Below are positions 57,841-64,000 of a stretch of DNA of 64,000 bases, one piece after another. Both the position numbers and the translations under genes were made by a program. The stretch lies in the IMG/VR virus record IMGVR_UViG_3300020281_001713; one strand, written 5' to 3'. The number at the start of each line of letters is the position of its first letter. Within the stretch, counting starts at the first letter, position 1. The notes beneath the pieces are model-generated. The model made no database searches. It worked only from the letters and a program-made list of their open reading frames with translations, and had not been told where the DNA came from. Source of the stretch: a virus.

Positions 57841-60800
57841 ATGGCGAATAGATATCCACTAATAATAGACACGCTTGATGCAAACAAGATAAAAGAGCTT
57901 CAAACAGGAGACAACCTTAATCTTGCTGACAATAGTATTGTAGGTGTTCAAAATATTACAGCGTTAGGCACAATAGAAGCCGCGGTACTTACTGTAAATG
58001 GAAATAGAATTGTAGCTCAAAACTTTTTACAACTTTCAGATACACCAAGTACGTACACAGGTAACGCAGACAAGTTTGTTGCTGTAAATACAGCAGGCAC
58101 AGGAATAGAATTTAGACCGCTGAGTGCATTTGGTAATGTTGATGTATCAAGCTTAGATATTTCTGGAAATATATTACCAGTTACTAATAATACTTCAAAC
58201 ATAGGAAGTAATACGCTTAGATTTGCTCAAGTTTGGGCAACAGATGTGTATGCCAATATAAAATCTTTCAGTGGTACAACAATATTTGATGCAACTACAG
58301 GACTTATTCCTTACGCCGCACTACAAGGAAATCCTACTAACGTTTCAGAATTTATTAATGATAGCGGTTTTGCAACCACAAGCGAAGTTAATAGTTTAAT
58401 AGGAAACTTCTTCGGAGGTGGAGGCACTCTTACTGCTGATATCACAGGAAGTGTATTTGCAAATGATTCCACTATGCTTGTTGACGGGACAAGTGGTACA
58501 TTAGTTGGTAATATACATTATCCTACAACAGGATCAATTACGGCAGGTACAAAAGTACAATTAGGAACAACTGAATTAACATCTACAATAGAGCCGCCGA
58601 CTGCTAACACAGGCGCAATAGGAACTACAACAAAACGTTTTGGTATAGGGTATTTCCAAAATATAAACGCAAGTGGAAATATAACTGCGGCAACTTTTAA
58701 TGGTACGCTTAATGGTGTATTAATTGGTGAGCATGTTGGTAGTGTATATGGAGACGATTCAACTGTATTAGTTGATGGAGTTAATTCTACACTTAGAGGA
58801 CATCATATTGGCGATCACACAGGTTCAGTATTTGCAGACGACTCAGGAGTTGTAATTGACGGTATTACTGGTACTGTAGTAGGACCTGTTAACAGTTCAG
58901 ATTTAAGATCAACAAGTCCAAATGTTAGAATAGGTTTAAATGCTGGTTTAACTAATCAAGGCACTTATAGTATTGCAATAGGCGAACGGGCAGGTAATTT
59001 AAATCAATCCGCTGATGGTATTGCTATAGGTTATGCGGCAGGTAGAGATGATCAACAGACAGACGGTATTGCTATTGGACAAAATGCAGGGCAAGTTAAT
59101 CAAGGTGCTAGTTCTGTTGCTATTGGTACAATGGTTGGTAAAACAAACCAACACGCAAATACTATTATGCTTAGTGCTACTGGTGCTGAATTTAATTCTA
59201 CACAAGCAAATTCATTTTTTGTTAAACCAATTAGAGAAGCAATTAATGATTCATTTTTAAGGTATAATACTGCAACAGGTGAAGTTACTTATACATCATC
59301 TGCCGCTGGTACATTTGACGGGGACCTCACAGGCTCTGTATATTCAGATAATAGCACACTTTTAGTTGACGGTATAAATGCTAGACATAATTTCCCTAAC
59401 AACGTACTAGCTGATTTAAGTGATGTAAGTAATACAACACCAAGTGCAGGAGAAGTGCTTAAATGGGATGGTTCTCAATGGGCGCCAGGCGCTGACGCTA
59501 CATCGGGTGGCGGTGGAACAAACGCTGATACATTAGATGGTTTTGATAGTCCTTATTTCTTAAATTGGACAAACTTTACTAATACACCAACTACACTTGC
59601 AGGTTATGGAATAACAGATGCAATTGGTTCTCTTTCAGCTGATACAACTCCTTCATTAAGTGGAGAATTAATAACAGGACAAAATAGAATTGCTTTTGCA
59701 GATACTGGTACAGTTAGTTTCTTAGATTTTACTGTTACACATTTAGGACAAAATAATAACACAGTCCTAAGCAGTGTAAAAAGTATTAACTTTTTCTTAG
59801 ATAGTAATGGCGGCGACTCAGGTCAAGCATTTAGAATTTTTAATAATATAGATCCAGATAGTACACCTACTGAAACAGACCGCATTTTTAAAGTAAGTGA
59901 AAACGGTGATGTAAACATAGGCAATCACTTGATTATGGATCAAGGTTCAATTGTGTTTGAAGGAACATCAGCTGATGATCATGAAACAACATTGACTCCA
60001 GGAAATCCAACACAAGATAATACTATTACACTACCTGATGCATCTGGAACTATTGCACTTTTATCTACTGTGCCTGGACAACTTTCTGCACAACTAGGAG
60101 CCGCAAGTGGCAGTGGAGGCGGATCTTATGATAGTGCTACAGGAGTTATTACTTTTACTCCAGCAGACTTAGCTACTATTAATATTGTTACTGATGCTAC
60201 TCCACAACTTGGTGGTACACTAGATGCAAATGGTAATACTATTAATATGGGCACTAACGTTATTACCGACACAAAAGTTGGAAACTGGGATACATCATAC
60301 GGATGGGGTAATCATGCTAGTGCAGGTTATTTAACAGGTATAACTACACAATCAATTTACGAGCTAAGTAATGTTAACACAACAGCTAGTCCAACAAACA
60401 ATCAAGTTTTAACTTGGGACAGTAGTAATAGCTATTGGAGCCCTGCAGATCCACAAGGTGGCGGCTCAATAGGAGCTTTTACATTTACCGGTAGTGTTAT
60501 GGACACTAATGACAGTAGTAGTATTACTGTAACTCCAGCAATGACACTCAGCAGTGATTTAACAGTACAAAATGACCTAGTAGTAAATAATACCGTTAGA
60601 GCAAATAAACTTGTTAGTACAGCCGCTGGCGTGCCAAAATTTACATCAACAACTAACATTGAATTAAATGCACAAGGCGCAGTTATTATTGGCTCTAGCC
60701 AACTTAGAATAAAAAGTTTTACTACAGCAGAGCGTGATGCTCTTACTGCATCTACAGGAGATATTATATATAATACAACGCTTTCTAAAATGCAATTAAG

Positions 60801-61224
60801 AATAGGAAGCAACTGGAAATCAATTGCAATCACAGATGATATTCCAACAAATAACAATCAACTTACAAATGGTGCAGGATACCTTACAACTGCAACAGAT
60901 ATACACACATTTACAATGACTACAAATGGATCGGATTACATTTTTGCACAAGATTCAAGATATTTTCCATTAGGTGCAGAAAACGATCCAGTTCTTTATG
61001 TGCGTAGAGGAGAAACTTACCACTTTATTAATAATACAGGAGGTAGCCATCCATTCCAGATAAGAACAAGTAACGGTGGGTCAGCATATAATACAGGAGT
61101 TACTAATAATGGCGCCGCTAGCGGAACTATTGTTTGGACAGTGCCTATGACTGCACCAGCTTCAGTATACTATCAGTGTACTGTTCACAGTAATATGGGT
61201 AACACTATTAATATTGTAACATAA
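57841..61224 (+). CDS. tail fibre with C-terminal cupredoxin-like domain
   Basis: YadA-like AIG repeats, GSVxxDDST repeats, HPF...YYQCTVHSNMG. Confidence 0.8.
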   Translation: MANRYPLIIDTLDANKIKELQTGDNLNLADNSIVGVQNITALGTIEAAVLTVNGNRIVAQNFLQLSDTPSTYTGNADKFVAVNTAGTGIEFRPLSAFGNVDVSSLDISGNILPVTNNTSNIGSNTLRFAQVWATDVYANIKSFSGTTIFDATTGLIPYAALQGNPTNVSEFINDSGFATTSEVNSLIGNFFGGGGTLTADITGSVFANDSTMLVDGTSGTLVGNIHYPTTGSITAGTKVQLGTTELTSTIEPPTANTGAIGTTTKRFGIGYFQNINASGNITAATFNGTLNGVLIGEHVGSVYGDDSTVLVDGVNSTLRGHHIGDHTGSVFADDSGVVIDGITGTVVGPVNSSDLRSTSPNVRIGLNAGLTNQGTYSIAIGERAGNLNQSADGIAIGYAAGRDDQQTDGIAIGQNAGQVNQGASSVAIGTMVGKTNQHANTIMLSATGAEFNSTQANSFFVKPIREAINDSFLRYNTATGEVTYTSSAAGTFDGDLTGSVYSDNSTLLVDGINARHNFPNNVLADLSDVSNTTPSAGEVLKWDGSQWAPGADATSGGGGTNADTLDGFDSPYFLNWTNFTNTPTTLAGYGITDAIGSLSADTTPSLSGELITGQNRIAFADTGTVSFLDFTVTHLGQNNNTVLSSVKSINFFLDSNGGDSGQAFRIFNNIDPDSTPTETDRIFKVSENGDVNIGNHLIMDQGSIVFEGTSADDHETTLTPGNPTQDNTITLPDASGTIALLSTVPGQLSAQLGAASGSGGGSYDSATGVITFTPADLATINIVTDATPQLGGTLDANGNTINMGTNVITDTKVGNWDTSYGWGNHASAGYLTGITTQSIYELSNVNTTASPTNNQVLTWDSSNSYWSPADPQGGGSIGAFTFTGSVMDTNDSSSITVTPAMTLSSDLTVQNDLVVNNTVRANKLVSTAAGVPKFTSTTNIELNAQGAVIIGSSQLRIKSFTTAERDALTASTGDIIYNTTLSKMQLRIGSNWKSIAITDDIPTNNNQLTNGAGYLTTATDIHTFTMTTNGSDYIFAQDSRYFPLGAENDPVLYVRRGETYHFINNTGGSHPFQIRTSNGGSAYNTGVTNNGAASGTIVWTVPMTAPASVYYQCTVHSNMGNTINIVT

Positions 61225-61235
61225 GGAGAGCTAGT

Positions 61236-61715
61236 ATGGCAACAATCAAGTGCAAAGGTTTAACAGGTGTAGTATTTGATTTGACAGTTACTATGGGTAG
61301 CACCACTATGAATGGGTTGACTGCACTAGCACAAGCTATAGAAGGCCAAGAAATCACTACAACAGAATATGAAGAAATTGTAGCAACTAAAGATCCTTCA
61401 ATTAATCAAACTACTAATGGAAGTATGGATTTACTAGCGGCTGGTTTAGTTGAAGGCGACATGGTACAATGCGTACCATTAGGCAGAACAACTTCTAGAA
61501 CCAAGAGACAACGACAAGAACAAATACTTAAAATTGCAGTAACCAAACGCAAAGGTTTAGCCGCAGGTGATACTAATGCAAATTATTATAGAGCTTTAAA
61601 TACAAAAACGAAAGGCAATCTACCAACACTTTACAAAGCAGGAGATAATCGTACAGCAAACGTAATTGACAATGATAATTCAGGAGGGTTGGTCACAGGT
61701 AGACCTTGGACATAA
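61236..61715 (+). CDS. hypothetical protein with ubiquitin-like N-terminal domain
   Basis: AAGGAG RBS; IKCKGLTG..L.V..S.T.....A..Q..EG aligns by eye with ubiquitin 1-35. Confidence 0.5.
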   Translation: MATIKCKGLTGVVFDLTVTMGSTTMNGLTALAQAIEGQEITTTEYEEIVATKDPSINQTTNGSMDLLAAGLVEGDMVQCVPLGRTTSRTKRQRQEQILKIAVTKRKGLAAGDTNANYYRALNTKTKGNLPTLYKAGDNRTANVIDNDNSGGLVTGRPWT

Positions 61716-61718
61716 TAA

Positions 61719-64000
61719 ATGGCTGAAAAAGAATATATTATAAGTCTTAAGCGTGGTGTAGACTATGAAGCTTTTGATAGCGAAATGCAAGAAGGTATTG
61801 GACGCGGGCTTATCAAAGATAGAACTGTAGATGTTGCAAATGCAAGACCGCTATCTCAACGTAACACACACTATATGTTAGAAGAATCAGAAGTTACTGA
61901 ACTTCTCAAAGATGACCGTGTTGCTGATATACAAGAACCTCCAGAAAACAGAGACGATATACAAATTGGTATTAGAGCTACTCAAACAGGAACTTGGCGT
62001 AAGACTTCATCTGTTATAAGCAGTGATCTAAATTGGGGTATGCTTAGAGCTACTTCAAGAGAAGACGTATGGGGTAGCGGAGTAGTTAGTTCAACAAGAC
62101 CTTTTAATTACAATCTAACAGGCAAAGGTGTTGATGTTGTTATTCAAGACTCAGGAATCGATACAGGACATATAGAATTTACTGATGCTAACGGGGTATC
62201 AAGAATAAAACAAATAAATTGGTATGACGAGAGTGGTATTGCCGGTCCACAGTCTGCGAATCATTATAAAGATACTGACGGTCATGGTACACATGTTGCA
62301 AGCACAGTAGCAGGTAGAACTTTAGGCTGGGCCAAGGATGCTCACATATATGCATTAAAGGTAAACGGATTAGAAGGATCAAATGATACTGGAACAGGTT
62401 ATCCTGTTGGAGATTGTTTTGATGTAATTAAAGGTTGGCATAACAATAAACCAATAGACCCTGCAACAGGCTACAAACGTCCTACTATTGTAAACATGAG
62501 TTGGGGATATTCTGGAACCAATACACAAACACCAACAAGTGGTAATTTTAGAGGGGCAAACTGGACATACGGAGATTCAGGATTTGCATCAGATAATAAT
62601 TTAAGAGATAACGCAGGTATATTAACAAAAATATTTACAAGCGGTGGTAATCCAGTTAGGAAATTTAATGCTAGAGTCACTAGTGTAGATACAGATATAC
62701 AAGAACTTATAGATGCTGGTGTGCATGTTTGCATTGCGGCAGGTAATAGTTATTATTACATTGCGGCTGAAAATGATGGTGACTGGGATAATAGAGTTGT
62801 AGTAGGAGGAATAACACGATATTATCACAGAGGAGCAAGTCCTTACGATACGGAAGCATTTATGGTAGGTTCTTTGGATATTACATATACAGGAGGACTA
62901 GAACAAAAAAGTGAATTCAGTTGTTGCGGACCTGGTGTAGACATTTATGCTCCAGGTAATAATATTATGGGAGCTAGTTCAGATGATAACTCAGGCTCAA
63001 ATGATAAAGTCTTAGATGGAGTAACACGAGTAACACATCCTTTAGAGGGCTCACAACATAATATGAAAATTTCAGGGACAAGTATGGCTACTCCTAATGT
63101 ATGTGGCATGCTTGCAACAGTGCTTGAATCATCTCCGGGAATATCTCCTGCAGGATTAAAAACTTGGGCACATTCTAATAGCACTAAAGATTTAATGTAT
63201 CAAGGCACAAAGGATAACTGGGACGATTATGACAGTATTAATTGTGCTGGCAATTCAGATTATGAGTCTAAAGCTATTGTAACAAGCACTGAAATGCGAC
63301 CATTTGCAAAGCATTTAGATGTGAGAGGTTTGCGTTTATGTGCATGGGGAGCAGTAGGTGGACAGCCAGCAGTTACAGATTCATTTTTAGAAAAAACTGC
63401 AAGATTGTATGAAATGCTATTAGACCCAACAGGCACTGATGTTGTTGCTTCCAATCAACAAGCGGCCATTGCAGGTATGAAATCATATAATGTAGCACAA
63501 TTTGTAGGTTACAATCCTAGTGCTAGTTACGATCCTTCCGTTACAGCAGATAACGCAGGAAATTTTTATCTTGGACTAGATTTGATTAAAGATAGATTCC
63601 AAAATGTAGATTACATTTGGGAATATGATGATACAGGAGCAGGATACACAGCTAATACACAAATAATGGAAAGTGTAGAACATGCATTACACACATTAAC
63701 AGTTTATGCTTTACCTGCGGCATTTCCTACTGAATTTGCACAAAATAATCAAACAAGTGATATTTATAATGCTTGTAACGAAGCAGTGAATAATGGAGTT
63801 TTTGACACAAGCAATTATGGTACATGGCCGGGATCAGACACAGAGTTACGTGCATTAATGATGCGTGAATATTACTTCTTACTAACTTTAGGTATGTGGG
63901 AATGGTTTAGTTATGTTGACGGAGGGTCATTAAGTCCAGAATGGAATGACAATAGTAGAACACAATCAGGCGTACAATCTAATAATCCTTTAGGGTATGC
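61719..64000 (+). CDS. subtilisin-like S8 protease, runs off the window
   Basis: GVDVVIQDSG, HGTHVAS, VNMSWG, AAGNS, SGTSMATP; no in-frame stop seen up to 64000. Confidence 0.9.
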   Translation, partial: MAEKEYIISLKRGVDYEAFDSEMQEGIGRGLIKDRTVDVANARPLSQRNTHYMLEESEVTELLKDDRVADIQEPPENRDDIQIGIRATQTGTWRKTSSVISSDLNWGMLRATSREDVWGSGVVSSTRPFNYNLTGKGVDVVIQDSGIDTGHIEFTDANGVSRIKQINWYDESGIAGPQSANHYKDTDGHGTHVASTVAGRTLGWAKDAHIYALKVNGLEGSNDTGTGYPVGDCFDVIKGWHNNKPIDPATGYKRPTIVNMSWGYSGTNTQTPTSGNFRGANWTYGDSGFASDNNLRDNAGILTKIFTSGGNPVRKFNARVTSVDTDIQELIDAGVHVCIAAGNSYYYIAAENDGDWDNRVVVGGITRYYHRGASPYDTEAFMVGSLDITYTGGLEQKSEFSCCGPGVDIYAPGNNIMGASSDDNSGSNDKVLDGVTRVTHPLEGSQHNMKISGTSMATPNVCGMLATVLESSPGISPAGLKTWAHSNSTKDLMYQGTKDNWDDYDSINCAGNSDYESKAIVTSTEMRPFAKHLDVRGLRLCAWGAVGGQPAVTDSFLEKTARLYEMLLDPTGTDVVASNQQAAIAGMKSYNVAQFVGYNPSASYDPSVTADNAGNFYLGLDLIKDRFQNVDYIWEYDDTGAGYTANTQIMESVEHALHTLTVYALPAAFPTEFAQNNQTSDIYNACNEAVNNGVFDTSNYGTWPGSDTELRALMMREYYFLLTLGMWEWFSYVDGGSLSPEWNDNSRTQSGVQSNNPLGY

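Noticed and set aside
48999-63454. Many short antisense ORFs within the structural genes
   Set aside because: Shadow frames of Thr/Gly/Ala-rich sense genes, without RBS or motifs.

Overview
A 64-kb, AT-rich, gene-dense segment of a large T4-like (myovirus-type) bacteriophage genome, almost all on the + strand. An alphaproteobacterial, probably marine, host is inferred from a circularly permuted two-piece tmRNA with an ANDN-type tag, a heme oxygenase-PcyX bilin cassette, a ROSE-type thermometer before hsp20 and a pseudoazurin. Contents: nrdA/nrdB/glutaredoxin; M15 and SleB cell-wall hydrolases; many auxiliary genes (iscU, iscA/erpA, bS21, guaC, hsp20, clpS, ho, pcyX, ACP, queD, PyrD-like, UV endonuclease, MBD4-like glycosylase, DNA ligase); 7 tRNAs and a tmRNA; and the start of a virion/tail gene cluster (2932-aa protein, tail fibre, S8 protease). 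Top finding: a ribosome-dependent transcription attenuator directly in front of a five-tRNA array. Its leader peptide has five consecutive codons (TAT-ATA-TGG-TGC-CCA) read by exactly the five array tRNAs (Tyr, Ile-UAU, Trp, Cys, Pro), which suggests a sensor that switches on backup tRNAs when the host copies are depleted or cleaved. Other notable items: phycobiliprotein-like CxRD repeats in the giant virion protein of a phage that also encodes bilin synthesis, a full tRNA-Arg nested in frame inside a glycosyltransferase gene, and an apparent AUU start codon on the PyrD-like gene. All protein calls come from recognising motifs by eye; no searches were run.
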